From Ignavibacterium sp. (lineage in GTDB: Bacteria > Bacteroidota > Ignavibacteria > Ignavibacteriales > Ignavibacteriaceae), in the NCBI GenBank assembly GCA_037445935.1, contig JBBIJP010000002.1, forward strand, positions 291-64,290: a stretch of 64,000 nt of DNA, in the 5' to 3' direction. Positions within the stretch are counted from its first letter, which is position 1. The number at the start of each line of letters is the position of its first letter. Made by a program: the position numbers and the translations under genes. This document shows, piece by piece, positions 20,240 to 30,287 of this stretch. Below the pieces are notes generated by a model. It did no database searches, was not told the origin of the DNA, and saw nothing but the letters and a program-made list of their open reading frames with translations.

Positions 20240-20968
20240 ATGAAAGTCAATGTATTATTCTTCCCGTTTGGTATTGATGAGTTATATTTCAAAGACAAAA
20301 CAACTGTTGTAATTGATGTGCTGAGAGCATCATCCACAATCATTACCGCACTTAATAATGGAGCAAAAGAAATTATCCCTGTCGCCGGTATTGAGTCCGC
20401 AATTAAATTATCAGGAGGAATGTTTGGAGGACATACATTATTATGTGGTGAACGCAATACAAAGAAAATCGATGGCTTTGCTTTGGGTAATTCGCCATTT
20501 GAATTTACTAAAGAGATTGTTTCAAATAAGACAATTGTGTTATACACTTCTAACGGAACAAAAGCACTTGTAAAATCAAAATTCTCAGAAAATCTTTTCA
20601 TTGGCTCGTTCCTGAATCTTAATTTTTTAACAAATCATCTGTTGAATCTCAGTAACAATCTGGAGATAGTTTGCGCCGGAAGCAACAACCAATTCTCTCT
20701 TGAAGATTCATTATGCGCAGGTTTTATTTGTGATAAGATTTTACAAAAAGATAAAGATGCTTCTCTTTCAGATTCAGCGAAAGCAGCAGTTGCATTAAAG
20801 AAAAGATATAATCAAAATATTTTTGAAACTCTGTTAGATTCCGAGCACGGAAAAAAACTGATTGAAAACGGTTTTGAGAAAGACATTGAATATTGCTCGC
20901 AAAATTCCATAATTGATTTAATTCCATTTTATAATAATGGTTCAATTGAAGTGTTGAACAATTTTTAA
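20240..20968 (+). CDS. comB: 2-phosphosulfolactate phosphatase-like protein
   Basis: VVIDVLRASSTI, GER, GNSP, TSNGT, FSLEDSLCAG. Confidence 0.9.
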   Translation: MKVNVLFFPFGIDELYFKDKTTVVIDVLRASSTIITALNNGAKEIIPVAGIESAIKLSGGMFGGHTLLCGERNTKKIDGFALGNSPFEFTKEIVSNKTIVLYTSNGTKALVKSKFSENLFIGSFLNLNFLTNHLLNLSNNLEIVCAGSNNQFSLEDSLCAGFICDKILQKDKDASLSDSAKAAVALKKRYNQNIFETLLDSEHGKKLIENGFEKDIEYCSQNSIIDLIPFYNNGSIEVLNNF

Positions 20969-20979
20969 GTTTCATTTCG

Positions 20980-23463
20980 ATGAAAAGAAAGAAATCATTA
21001 AAAACAAATTCTAATGACGAAAAAAAAAGAGAGAAACTGACGATCTCTACAGAACAAAAGAACAAAATATTAGGTTTGTTCCTTATTCTATTCTCTGTGT
21101 TTTTAATAATTTCAATCCTGTCATATAGTTCAAAAGATGAAGATAATTTAACGAACATATTCTCTGATATTAAAAGAGACGTACAACTTTCCTTAGAAAA
21201 TAAAAATCAGACAGTTAATTATCTTGATCAGCGTAATGAGATTGAAAACTGGATGGGTTCTGCTGGAGCCCATATCTCAAGATTTTTTGTTAAATATTCA
21301 ATTGGATATTTTTCAATCTCCATATCAATTGTAATTATTCTTTTTTCAATCCTTTTTTTCAAGAAGACAGATTTGCACAAATTATTAGTTTACTCTAATA
21401 CAATTTTATCGGTTTCTTTTTTTTGTGCTTCCTTCTTTGGAATTCTCAATTCACAATTTGACTTATCAGATTATACTGCTCCTTTCTCCGGTAAAATCGG
21501 AGACTTTATGGGAATTTTACTTGGCAAAACATTAGGAACTCTCGGCTCAATCCTTTTAATGATTTTTCTTGGAATTACTTTGTTAGTATTTGTTTTTGAC
21601 TTCAAGTTTGAAGTGTATCTTAAGAAGCTTTATAGAATTATCGCAGCACTGATTTCAGTTGATTACAATAAGATTTTCAATCCAGCCCAGGAGTCATCAT
21701 CGAATATTAAAATTAACAGAAAGGAAAAACAGGAAAAACTTTCTGAGAAAACTGAAGAAGAAACTCCCGAAGAAATACCAAAAATTGAAGCCGAAGAACA
21801 GCAGGAAGATACAAAAATCAGAATTATTAAAAAGCCTGATGTGATTGAAAAAGAAGAACAATCTCTAACCTCTGATGAAAAGTTAAAAAATAAAGAGAAA
21901 AAAGAAACAGCAGCTAAATCGGAAGAACAAAATTCTGAAGTTGATGAAAAACTTTTACCCAATCAATGGGAAGAAAAGATTGAATATAAATTTCCGACAA
22001 CTGATTTATTAAATAAAGCTCCTGAGGAAAATTATCAGGTTGCAGAAGAAGAACTTACAAGAAATGCGCAATTATTAAAAGACAAATTAAAACTCTTTGA
22101 TATTGATATTAAAGATATTTCAGTTACACCAGGACCAGTTGTTACTTTATATGAAATTGTACCAGCTCCCGGAGTTAAAATCAGCAGAATTGTTGGGTTA
22201 GAAAATGATATTGCATTGGCACTCGCCGCTAAAGGAATCAGAATAATTGCACCTATTCCGGGGAAGAGCGCAATTGGTGTAGAAATTCCAAATTTGAAAT
22301 CATCTTTGGTAACCGCGAAATCAGTGTTATCAGAAATTACTGAATCAACTTATGAATTGCCGCTTGCTTTGGGTAAAACAATTAACGGAGATGTTTATAT
22401 TACTGATTTAGCAAAGATGCCGCATCTTTTAATTGCTGGTTCAACAGGTTCGGGTAAGAGTGTTGGAATCAATATGATAATTTCGAGCTTATTGTTTTCC
22501 AAACATCCATCCGAAGTTAAGTTCTGTCTTGTTGATCCGAAAAAAATTGAATTATCTTTTTATCAGAAAATCAAAAAGCATTTTTTAGCAATTTCACCAG
22601 ATTTAGATGAATCCATAATTACTACTGCACAAAATGCTGTCATTATGTTGAAAGCAGTTGAATTTGAGATGAACAAGAGATATGATAAGCTCTCTAATGC
22701 AGGTGTCAGGAATATTGTCGATTATAATAAAAAAGTTTCTAATCCGAAAACTAAGCCGCACGATACTGAAACTATAAAACATCATCCTATTCCTTACATA
22801 GTTGTAGTTGTTGATGAATTAGCTGATTTAATGCTCACTTCAGGAAGAGAAGTTGAAGAACCAATAACAAGGCTCGCACAAATGGCAAGAGCTGTTGGAA
22901 TTCATTTGATTCTTGCAACACAAAGACCATCAGTTAATGTAATTACAGGTGTGATTAAAGCCAACTTTTCAGCAAGAATAGCTTATCAGGTTGCTACAAA
23001 GATAGATTCCAGAACAGTTTTAGATATGAACGGAGCGGAACAATTATTAGGCAGCGGCGATATGTTATTTTTACCAACAGGTTCACCGAAGCCAATCAGA
23101 ATTCAGAATGCTTTTATTTCAACTGAAGAAGTTGAAAAAATTACAAACTATATTTACTCTCAACCCGCTTTTTCAAAGTCATACTACTTGCCTTCTCTTT
23201 ATGAAGCGAAACAATCATCAGGAGGAAGACTTAACAGCGACCTTGATCCAATTTTTGAGGATGCAGCAAGAATTATCATTAAATATCAACAAGGTTCTGT
23301 ATCATTGCTGCAAAGAAAGTTGAAGCTCGGATATTCTCGTGCCGCAAGAATTGTTGATCAGCTTGAAGAAGCAGGTATTGTCGGACCGAATGATGGAAGT
23401 AAAGCAAGAATTGTATTGGTAGATAATGAAGAAACTTTAGAAACAATCTTGAGAAATTTGTAG
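20980..23463 (+). CDS. ftsK: DNA translocase FtsK
   Basis: N-terminal TM domain, PHLLIAGSTGSGKS, DELADLM, ATQRPSV, gamma domain LQRKLKLGYSRAARIVD. Confidence 0.97.
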   Translation: MKRKKSLKTNSNDEKKREKLTISTEQKNKILGLFLILFSVFLIISILSYSSKDEDNLTNIFSDIKRDVQLSLENKNQTVNYLDQRNEIENWMGSAGAHISRFFVKYSIGYFSISISIVIILFSILFFKKTDLHKLLVYSNTILSVSFFCASFFGILNSQFDLSDYTAPFSGKIGDFMGILLGKTLGTLGSILLMIFLGITLLVFVFDFKFEVYLKKLYRIIAALISVDYNKIFNPAQESSSNIKINRKEKQEKLSEKTEEETPEEIPKIEAEEQQEDTKIRIIKKPDVIEKEEQSLTSDEKLKNKEKKETAAKSEEQNSEVDEKLLPNQWEEKIEYKFPTTDLLNKAPEENYQVAEEELTRNAQLLKDKLKLFDIDIKDISVTPGPVVTLYEIVPAPGVKISRIVGLENDIALALAAKGIRIIAPIPGKSAIGVEIPNLKSSLVTAKSVLSEITESTYELPLALGKTINGDVYITDLAKMPHLLIAGSTGSGKSVGINMIISSLLFSKHPSEVKFCLVDPKKIELSFYQKIKKHFLAISPDLDESIITTAQNAVIMLKAVEFEMNKRYDKLSNAGVRNIVDYNKKVSNPKTKPHDTETIKHHPIPYIVVVVDELADLMLTSGREVEEPITRLAQMARAVGIHLILATQRPSVNVITGVIKANFSARIAYQVATKIDSRTVLDMNGAEQLLGSGDMLFLPTGSPKPIRIQNAFISTEEVEKITNYIYSQPAFSKSYYLPSLYEAKQSSGGRLNSDLDPIFEDAARIIIKYQQGSVSLLQRKLKLGYSRAARIVDQLEEAGIVGPNDGSKARIVLVDNEETLETILRNL

Positions 23464-23481
23464 TCTAAGATTCAAAAAAAA

Positions 23482-24078
23482 ATGAAAACATTTCTATTTA
23501 TCATATTCGTATTTGTTAAGGTTTATTATGCTCAATCAAATCCTGTTGAGTTACTTAAATCCTTGCAAGAAAGATTTAAACAAATTAAAGATTTGTCGGT
23601 TAATATTTCTCAATCTGTTAATTCCGGAACTGCGACAAAAGGGAAACTGATTTATAAACAACCGGAGAGTTATCGTTTGGAATTATCCAACCAAATAATT
23701 ATTACTGACGGAATTACTTTCTGGAATTATAACAAGAAACAGAAAAAACTGATAATTGATAATTTCGAAAAAAGTAATGACAATATATTTTCAATTAAAT
23801 ATTTGTTATTTGAAGTGCCTTCAAAGTCGAATATTTCAGGGAGTGTAGATGGCGGTTTTAATAAATTAATTTTAAAATCTAAAGATTCTTCCTTTCCGTA
23901 TAGCACGATTGAATTATGGATTGATCAGAATAAACTTATCAGCAAAGTTAGCGCAGTTGATAACACAGGCACTGTCTATGAAATTACTTTCACAAATTAT
24001 AAATTGAATCAAAATCTTAAATCTGAATTATTCAGTTTCAGTCCAACCGAAAGAATAAACATTATTGATCTCAGATAA
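23482..24078 (+). CDS. lolA: Outer membrane lipoprotein carrier LolA-like protein
   Basis: Signal peptide, TDGITFWNY; ftsK-lolA synteny. Confidence 0.8.
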   Translation: MKTFLFIIFVFVKVYYAQSNPVELLKSLQERFKQIKDLSVNISQSVNSGTATKGKLIYKQPESYRLELSNQIIITDGITFWNYNKKQKKLIIDNFEKSNDNIFSIKYLLFEVPSKSNISGSVDGGFNKLILKSKDSSFPYSTIELWIDQNKLISKVSAVDNTGTVYEITFTNYKLNQNLKSELFSFSPTERINIIDLR

Positions 24079-25123
24079 GCCAAAATATCATATCAACTTA
24101 AAGTCATTATCAAATTTTCTGCTTTCGATAATTTTGGCAGGTATTTTTTTATACATCGCCTTTTATGATGTTGATATTTCAAAAGTTTTAGAAATATCCT
24201 CTCACGCAAATTTATTTTGGGTTATTGTTTTTATCGTTCTAAACTTTTTAGGACACGTCTTGAGAGCATATCGCTGGAAATTTATTTTATCCTCTATCAA
24301 ACCTCAGGCAAAATATAAAAATCTGTTTGGATCATTAATGGTTGGGTACGGAGTGAACTGTATAACCCCGAAATTAGGAGAAGTTACCAGAGCTGTTCTT
24401 TTGGCTAAGTGGGAAGGACTTTCACGCTCATCAATTTTCGGAACGGTAGTGCTTGAAAGAGTATTAGACATAATGTTTCTGATTTTCTCAGTTTTAATTG
24501 GTATTTATATTTCTTCAAAAAATATAAAGCAGGAATTCCCTTGGTTGATGGATGCAGTTTATATATCAGGTGCATTCATCATTTTGATGATAATTTCCGT
24601 TGCCCTTGCTATTTATTTCAGTGATGTGTTTTCTAATGTAATTAAAAAAACAATAGGAAAAGTCTCGATTAAAATTGCTGATAAAATTATCTATATCCTT
24701 CAGATGTTGATAGAAGGATTCGTAAGCTTAAAAGGATTGAAAAATCAATTTAAGACAATTTTACTCTCATTCGTTATCATTTTTATTTACGCAGCTACTT
24801 CCTATGTCGGATTGCTGATGATTGGATTAAATGAATTACAACCTTTAAGTTTCAAAATTGGTTGGGTTGTGATGAGCATAAGCGCAATTGGAGTAGTTAT
24901 TCCGACTCCGGGAAACACTGGTTCATATCATACACTTGCTAAATCAACCCTTGTGTATGTTTATGGATTTGACGAAGCCATAAGTGCTGCTTATGCTTTT
25001 TCAACACACATCATATCATACTTTTTAATGATTTTTTCAGCTTTGATTATTTATTTCTTCTTAAATAAAAATTCAGAAAAATTGTCTCTATTTTCTAAAA
25101 CTCAGCTTGAGGATTCGAAATGA
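24065..25123 (+). CDS. Lysylphosphatidylglycerol synthase TM domain / flippase-like protein (UPF0104)
   Basis: LRAYRW, PKLGEVTR, ERVLD, PTPGNTGSYH; multi-TM. Confidence 0.85.
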   Translation: MISDKPKYHINLKSLSNFLLSIILAGIFLYIAFYDVDISKVLEISSHANLFWVIVFIVLNFLGHVLRAYRWKFILSSIKPQAKYKNLFGSLMVGYGVNCITPKLGEVTRAVLLAKWEGLSRSSIFGTVVLERVLDIMFLIFSVLIGIYISSKNIKQEFPWLMDAVYISGAFIILMIISVALAIYFSDVFSNVIKKTIGKVSIKIADKIIYILQMLIEGFVSLKGLKNQFKTILLSFVIIFIYAATSYVGLLMIGLNELQPLSFKIGWVVMSISAIGVVIPTPGNTGSYHTLAKSTLVYVYGFDEAISAAYAFSTHIISYFLMIFSALIIYFFLNKNSEKLSLFSKTQLEDSK

Positions 25124-25767
25124 AAACTAAGAATATTTTCTTAATGATAATTTTTATCTCTTATTATTCCTTTTCACAAGTTGATTTAAGAGTTGGGATG
25201 GGACTTGATTTTTTTAACTCACCATCTTTGGTTGATTACCTAAATCAAAGTAATTTTTCTGAGTCCGGTGATTTATCAAGTTTTTCTACTGCAGTTAATT
25301 TTTCAGGAGAAGCTGGGGTTATGATTCAAGATAATTTGCAGCTTTCTGCTGATTTATCATATCAGATTTATTCATATAATGCAAATATTTCATTAGGCAG
25401 ATATGATATTAAGTCGAATAATCTAATGCCTTCTGTTCTAGCTTACTATGTAATCAGCGGCAGTGGATATAATTTCAAGTTTGGCGGTGGTTTAGGATTA
25501 AGATTTCTTTCTGTAGAACAGACTTTACCCGCCTCCGTATACTCAGAAAATTTTTCATCTGTTGGATATGGAATTTTATTAAGAGCTCAGGGCAATACTC
25601 TTTTAAGTGATAAATTTTACGCTAATATAAGTTTTGATATTAGATATGATATAAATGGTGTTCCTGAGAATAATGGAAAAAAACTTTACAATAACGTATT
25701 GCAGGAAGATGTAAATTTTAATCAACTTGCTCTCGGAATTAAACTCGGACTTTATTATAAATTCTGA
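25120..25767 (+). CDS. Outer membrane beta-barrel protein
   Basis: Signal peptide, alternating beta-strand pattern, C-terminal LGLYYKF. Confidence 0.7.
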   Translation: MKTKNIFLMIIFISYYSFSQVDLRVGMGLDFFNSPSLVDYLNQSNFSESGDLSSFSTAVNFSGEAGVMIQDNLQLSADLSYQIYSYNANISLGRYDIKSNNLMPSVLAYYVISGSGYNFKFGGGLGLRFLSVEQTLPASVYSENFSSVGYGILLRAQGNTLLSDKFYANISFDIRYDINGVPENNGKKLYNNVLQEDVNFNQLALGIKLGLYYKF

Positions 25768-25785
25768 TAATTAAACGGAGAAAAT

Positions 25786-26634
25786 TTGTCAATTATTGAA
25801 GCAATTATATTAGGATTAATTCAAGGACTTACTGAATTTATTCCAATCAGTTCTACCGGTCATTTAACCTTGGCAGGTAAATTTATGAATCTCATTTCTG
25901 AAGCACATCCTGAGCAATGGACATCATTCATTGCAATTATTCAGTTAGGAACTTTGATTTCAGTGCTGATTTATTTCTGGAAAGATTTGATAAACATTTT
26001 ATCTGATTTTATCAAAGACAATATTGTTAATAGAAAATCGTTTAGCTCACAGTCTTTAAATTCCAGGCTTGGTTGGTTAATAATAATTGGAACAATCCCC
26101 ATCGTGGTAATTGGTTTAGGATTTAAAGATATAATTGAGGGAAATCTGACAAAAAATCTTTATGTAATATCTGCAAGTCTCATTGTTCTTGCAATAATCT
26201 TACTTGTTGCTGAAAAAATTGCAAACTTTAAGAAGGAGATTGAAAACGTAACTGTTTCCGATTCAATTATGATTGGAATTGCTCAGGCAGTTGCTTTGAT
26301 TCCCGGTTCATCGCGGTCAGGAACAACTATTACAGCAGCATTATTTTTAGGATTGAAAAGAGATGTAGCTGCCCGATTTTCATTTTTATTAAGTGTGCCG
26401 GCAATTTTTGCAAGCGGCATACTTCAACTTTATGAGGCATTAAAAATTATAAATACTGATATGATGTTTAATGCTATAATTTCAACTATCGTCAGTGCTA
26501 TTAGTGGATATTGGGCGATCGATTTTTTAATTAAATTCCTCAAGAAAAGTTCAACCAATCTTTTTATTATTTATAGAATCGTTTTAGGAGCTATTATTAT
26601 AATTTTATTAACAAACAACATCATCAAACCATAA
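25786..26634 (+). CDS. uppP: Undecaprenyl-diphosphate phosphatase
   Basis: QGLTEFIPISSTGH, PGSSRSGTT, ARFSFLL; TTG start with GGAG. Confidence 0.95.
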   Translation: MSIIEAIILGLIQGLTEFIPISSTGHLTLAGKFMNLISEAHPEQWTSFIAIIQLGTLISVLIYFWKDLINILSDFIKDNIVNRKSFSSQSLNSRLGWLIIIGTIPIVVIGLGFKDIIEGNLTKNLYVISASLIVLAIILLVAEKIANFKKEIENVTVSDSIMIGIAQAVALIPGSSRSGTTITAALFLGLKRDVAARFSFLLSVPAIFASGILQLYEALKIINTDMMFNAIISTIVSAISGYWAIDFLIKFLKKSSTNLFIIYRIVLGAIIIILLTNNIIKP

Positions 26635-26646
26635 GGAGGACTCATT

Positions 26647-27234
26647 ATGATAAAAGCAAAATATCTTTTATTGATTATTATTGCTTTACTAATTTCAGTT
26701 AATCAATCTATTTATTCACAGAAGAAAGAAAAACAAAAAATGAAAGAAAAACAAACCGTTGCAGTTATTCAGACAAATATGGGAACTATCGAAATAGAAC
26801 TCTTCTCAAAACAAACTCCCAAAACTGTTGAAAATTTTGTGGGGTTAGCAAATAAAGGATATTACAATGGAGTAATTTTCCACAGAGTTATTGATAAATT
26901 TATGATTCAAGGAGGAGACCCAACTGGAACAGGCAGAGGAGGAGAAAGTTTTTGGGGAGGCAAATTTGAAGATGAAATTGTCCCTAATCTAAAACACGAT
27001 AGTGAGGGAGTTTTATCAATGGCAAATGCCGGACCAAACACTAACGGCAGTCAGTTTTTTATCACTTTAGTACCTACCCCCTGGCTGGATGGTAAACATA
27101 CTGTTTTTGGAAGGGTAATTAAAGGAATGGAAATTGTAAGAGCAATTGGAAAAGTTCAAACAAATCAACAGGATCGCCCGCTTAAAGATGTTGTTATGGA
27201 AAAAGTAACTATCGAAACAAGAGAAAAGAAATAA
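26647..27234 (+). CDS. ppiA: Cyclophilin-type peptidyl-prolyl isomerase with signal peptide
   Basis: [42 protein letters not shown]. Confidence 0.92.
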   Translation: MIKAKYLLLIIIALLISVNQSIYSQKKEKQKMKEKQTVAVIQTNMGTIEIELFSKQTPKTVENFVGLANKGYYNGVIFHRVIDKFMIQGGDPTGTGRGGESFWGGKFEDEIVPNLKHDSEGVLSMANAGPNTNGSQFFITLVPTPWLDGKHTVFGRVIKGMEIVRAIGKVQTNQQDRPLKDVVMEKVTIETREKK

Positions 27235-27245
27235 TCAGAGTATAA

Positions 27246-27292
27246 TAAGGTTGTTTCAAAATCAAAATTTGAGACAGCCTTAATTATTTTTC
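27246..27292 (+). terminator. Intrinsic terminator after the cyclophilin gene
   Basis: TAAGGTTGTTTCAAA pairs with TTTGAGACAGCCTTA (15 bp, 2 G-U), followed by a T-rich tail. Confidence 0.7.
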
Positions 27293-27357
27293 AATTCTTA
27301 CTTTGCTAAACAATCAAAACACGAAGAAAAAGACTATCTTTCTGCACCAATATTTAT

Positions 27358-27388
27358 TTGAACTATCCATCAAAAACCATTAAATTTG
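27358..27388 (+). promoter_or_regulatory. Bacteroidota-type promoter for the parvulin/surA operon
   Basis: TTG 27358-27360, 20-nt spacer, TAAATTTG 27381-27388; downstream hairpin TTGGGCA/TGCCCAA at 27397-27425. Confidence 0.65.
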
Positions 27389-27496
27389 TTATTCATTTGG
27401 GCATTTTTTTCAATTTTTTGCCCAATTTAGTTCTGATTTAGACCACTTGATTTTTCAAATTAAAATTTCATAAGGAACAATTAATAGGAGAAGATT

Positions 27497-29479
27497 ATGT
27501 ATCGTACACTTAAGATTTTTTCTTTGCTGATTACAGCGATTTTATTTATCACTTGCTCAACTCAACATTCAGAAATCGTCATAGCAAAGTATGACGGTGA
27601 AAAAATTAAAATGGATGAATTTGAAAAAGCATATTCTAAGAACGTTGGCGGATATGAAAAGGCAATGGATGATGATTATGAAAATCTAAAGAACTTTTCT
27701 GAATTATACGTTAATTTCAAAATGAAATTAAAAGATGCTTATGAAAGAGGTTATGATAAAGATCAGAATTTAATAAATGAACTTATCGATTATAAGAAAA
27801 AAGTTGGCTCATCTTACATTCAGGAAAAATATCTTGTTGAACCAAATCTGAAAGAGCTTTATGAAAGAAGAAAAGAAGAAATCAGAGCAAGTCATTTGAT
27901 GATACGACCTGAGCAAACAGGCGGAGATGAACCTGCAATAACCATTGCAAAGGCATTATTAGACAGCATTTTGTTGATGGGAAGCTCTTTCGAAGAATTG
28001 ACAAAAATTCATTCTCAGGATCAGTTTTCAAAAGATAAGGGCGGTGATATTTTCTACTTCACTGCTGGTCAATTGCCTTATGAATTCGAAGATGCCTGCT
28101 ATAAAACTCCTGCAGGAACAGTTCACCCCGAAGTAGTTAGAACCAGATTCGGTTATCATATAATAAAAGTTACTGAAAGAAAACCAAGAATACCCAAAAT
28201 ACAAGCAGCTCATATTTTAGTTAGTTTTATGAATGAAGAAGGAGAATTAGATTCTGTTGGTGCCAGAGCAAAAATAGAAGAAGTTGCTGCAAAATTAAAA
28301 CAAGGTGAAGATTTTGCTGAGCTTGCAAAACAATACTCAATGGATACAGGAACTAAAGACAGAGGAGGAGACCTCGGATTTTTTGAAAGAAGAATGATGG
28401 TTCAACCATTTGATGAAACTGCTTTCAATCTTGAAGTGGGACAAATTTCTGATATAGTTGAAACACAATTCGGTTATCATATAATAAAGTTATTAGGTAA
28501 AGGTGAGTTGCAGTCTTTTGAGGAAGAGAAAGAAAATCTTAAAACAATTCTTAAAAGAGTGAGATATCAGGATATTTATAAAGACTATGTGAATCAATTA
28601 AAGCAGGAATTTTTATTTAACATAAATAATGATGCGTTAAGTGTTATTGTTGAAAAATCAGATTCTGCTCTTGTCGGGGCAGATTATCCAAATCCCGATG
28701 AAGTAAATGATTTGGTTGTTTATTCTTATGGAAATGTTAATCAGAAGTTCGGAGATCTTTATAATAAACTGAGAAAAGATACAGAGTTTACAGGGAAAAG
28801 ATTTGAAGTTGAAAATCTGAAAAATGCCATAACAAAGTACAGTAATGAAGAATTATTAGAATATAAAGCTCTTGGTCTAGATTCCTTGAATAAGAATTTT
28901 GCTGAACTGATGACCGATTATAAGAATGGAATTTTCATTTTCAAATTGCAGGAAGATGAAGTTTGGAATAAAATAGTTCTTGATTCAGTAAAACTGGTTC
29001 AATATTATGAACAAAATAAAGATAAATATCGTTGGACAGATAGAGCCGCATTCACTGAAATCTGGGTTTTAAGAGATTCAGTAGCGAACTTATCTCTCTC
29101 TCAGATTAAAAACGGAGATGTTGAATTTGATTCTTTAGCAAAGAAAACAGAAAGAGCATCAATGATCTTAAAGCAGGGTAAATATGATTTGACTTCAACT
29201 GCTAATTCAGATTTGGCAAAATTTGCATTTGAGCTTCAGAAAGAAGGTGATATATCAGAAATATATCCAAACTCAGGAGGTTTCTCTATAATCAGATTAG
29301 ATAAGAAAGATCCCGCAAGAATCAAAACTTTTGAAGAAGCTAAGGCTGAGGTTTCCGGTGCATTTCAGGAATTAGAAAGCAAGAGATTAGAAAATCATTA
29401 TATTGATTCTTTAAAGAAGAAGTATCAACCCGAAATTTATTATGATAATATCAAAAAGGCTTTTAAGAAAGAAAGTTAG
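27497..29479 (+). CDS. Parvulin-type peptidylprolyl isomerase (multiple PpiC domains, likely lipoprotein)
   Basis: FITC lipobox-like motif, IRASHL, GGDI/GGDLG, FGYHIIK twice. Confidence 0.88.
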   Translation: MYRTLKIFSLLITAILFITCSTQHSEIVIAKYDGEKIKMDEFEKAYSKNVGGYEKAMDDDYENLKNFSELYVNFKMKLKDAYERGYDKDQNLINELIDYKKKVGSSYIQEKYLVEPNLKELYERRKEEIRASHLMIRPEQTGGDEPAITIAKALLDSILLMGSSFEELTKIHSQDQFSKDKGGDIFYFTAGQLPYEFEDACYKTPAGTVHPEVVRTRFGYHIIKVTERKPRIPKIQAAHILVSFMNEEGELDSVGARAKIEEVAAKLKQGEDFAELAKQYSMDTGTKDRGGDLGFFERRMMVQPFDETAFNLEVGQISDIVETQFGYHIIKLLGKGELQSFEEEKENLKTILKRVRYQDIYKDYVNQLKQEFLFNINNDALSVIVEKSDSALVGADYPNPDEVNDLVVYSYGNVNQKFGDLYNKLRKDTEFTGKRFEVENLKNAITKYSNEELLEYKALGLDSLNKNFAELMTDYKNGIFIFKLQEDEVWNKIVLDSVKLVQYYEQNKDKYRWTDRAAFTEIWVLRDSVANLSLSQIKNGDVEFDSLAKKTERASMILKQGKYDLTSTANSDLAKFAFELQKEGDISEIYPNSGGFSIIRLDKKDPARIKTFEEAKAEVSGAFQELESKRLENHYIDSLKKKYQPEIYYDNIKKAFKKES

Positions 29480-30287
29480 AAGTCTTTGCATAATCTATGC
29501 ATTACTCTTACTTACATCCTGTTCTGAAGACAAAAAGAATGATGAGTTTTTAGCAAGAGTGAATGATTCTTACTTAACCAGGGAAGATATTGCTTCCCTG
29601 TTTGATACCTCTCAAACTGATATCTCCGAAATTAATTTTTTAATCAAAGAATGGATTAGAAATGAATTGCTTTTTCAAAAAGCTATTGACGAAGGAGTTA
29701 CAGATAAAAAAATTTATGATGATATTATTATTAAATCTTCAAGAGAATTAGCTGTGTCTTTATTCATTCAAGATATAAACAGTAAATTTGATGTTGAGTA
29801 TAACGAACAGGATTTATTGAAATTCTACTCTGATAACAAGCAGCTTTTTCAGAATCCGGAACAAACATATCATCTGAATATTGCGATTTTTAACAATGAA
29901 GATTTTGCTATTAAATTCAGACAACTTTCTATTGAAAGCAATTGGCAGAAAGCAGTACAATTTACTTCGGGCAAAGAGTTTGTAAAAACAATAAAGTCGG
30001 ATGTTATCCTTGAAGAAAATGAAATCTATCCGAACCAGATAATCCGCCCGCTTAAAAGGATGATCAATAATGAAATAAGTATAGTTCTGTCAGACGAAAA
30101 CAATAATTATTATGTTTTTCAGTTAGTCAAAGTTTTTCAACCGCTTGAAGTATACCCTTTTGAATTGGTTAAAGAATTAGTTAGAGAAAAGTATATTGCC
30201 GCTAAAAAATCTGAATTATTTGAGAAATTTTTATCAGAACTTTACTCTAATAATCAAATAGAAATAAAAGAATGGAAAACAAAATGA
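29442..30287 (+). CDS. Degenerate parvulin/SurA-like lipoprotein
   Basis: LLTSC lipobox, LARVNDSYLT; middle gene of the FCB PPIase trio. Start uncertain. Confidence 0.65.
   Translation: MIISKRLLRKKVRSLCIIYALLLLTSCSEDKKNDEFLARVNDSYLTREDIASLFDTSQTDISEINFLIKEWIRNELLFQKAIDEGVTDKKIYDDIIIKSSRELAVSLFIQDINSKFDVEYNEQDLLKFYSDNKQLFQNPEQTYHLNIAIFNNEDFAIKFRQLSIESNWQKAVQFTSGKEFVKTIKSDVILEENEIYPNQIIRPLKRMINNEISIVLSDENNNYYVFQLVKVFQPLEVYPFELVKELVREKYIAAKKSELFEKFLSELYSNNQIEIKEWKTK

Noticed and set aside
28147-28490. About 21-nt direct repeat ATTCGGTTATCATATAATAAA
   Set aside because: It encodes FGYHIIK in two parvulin domains of one protein; not a CRISPR or mobile repeat.
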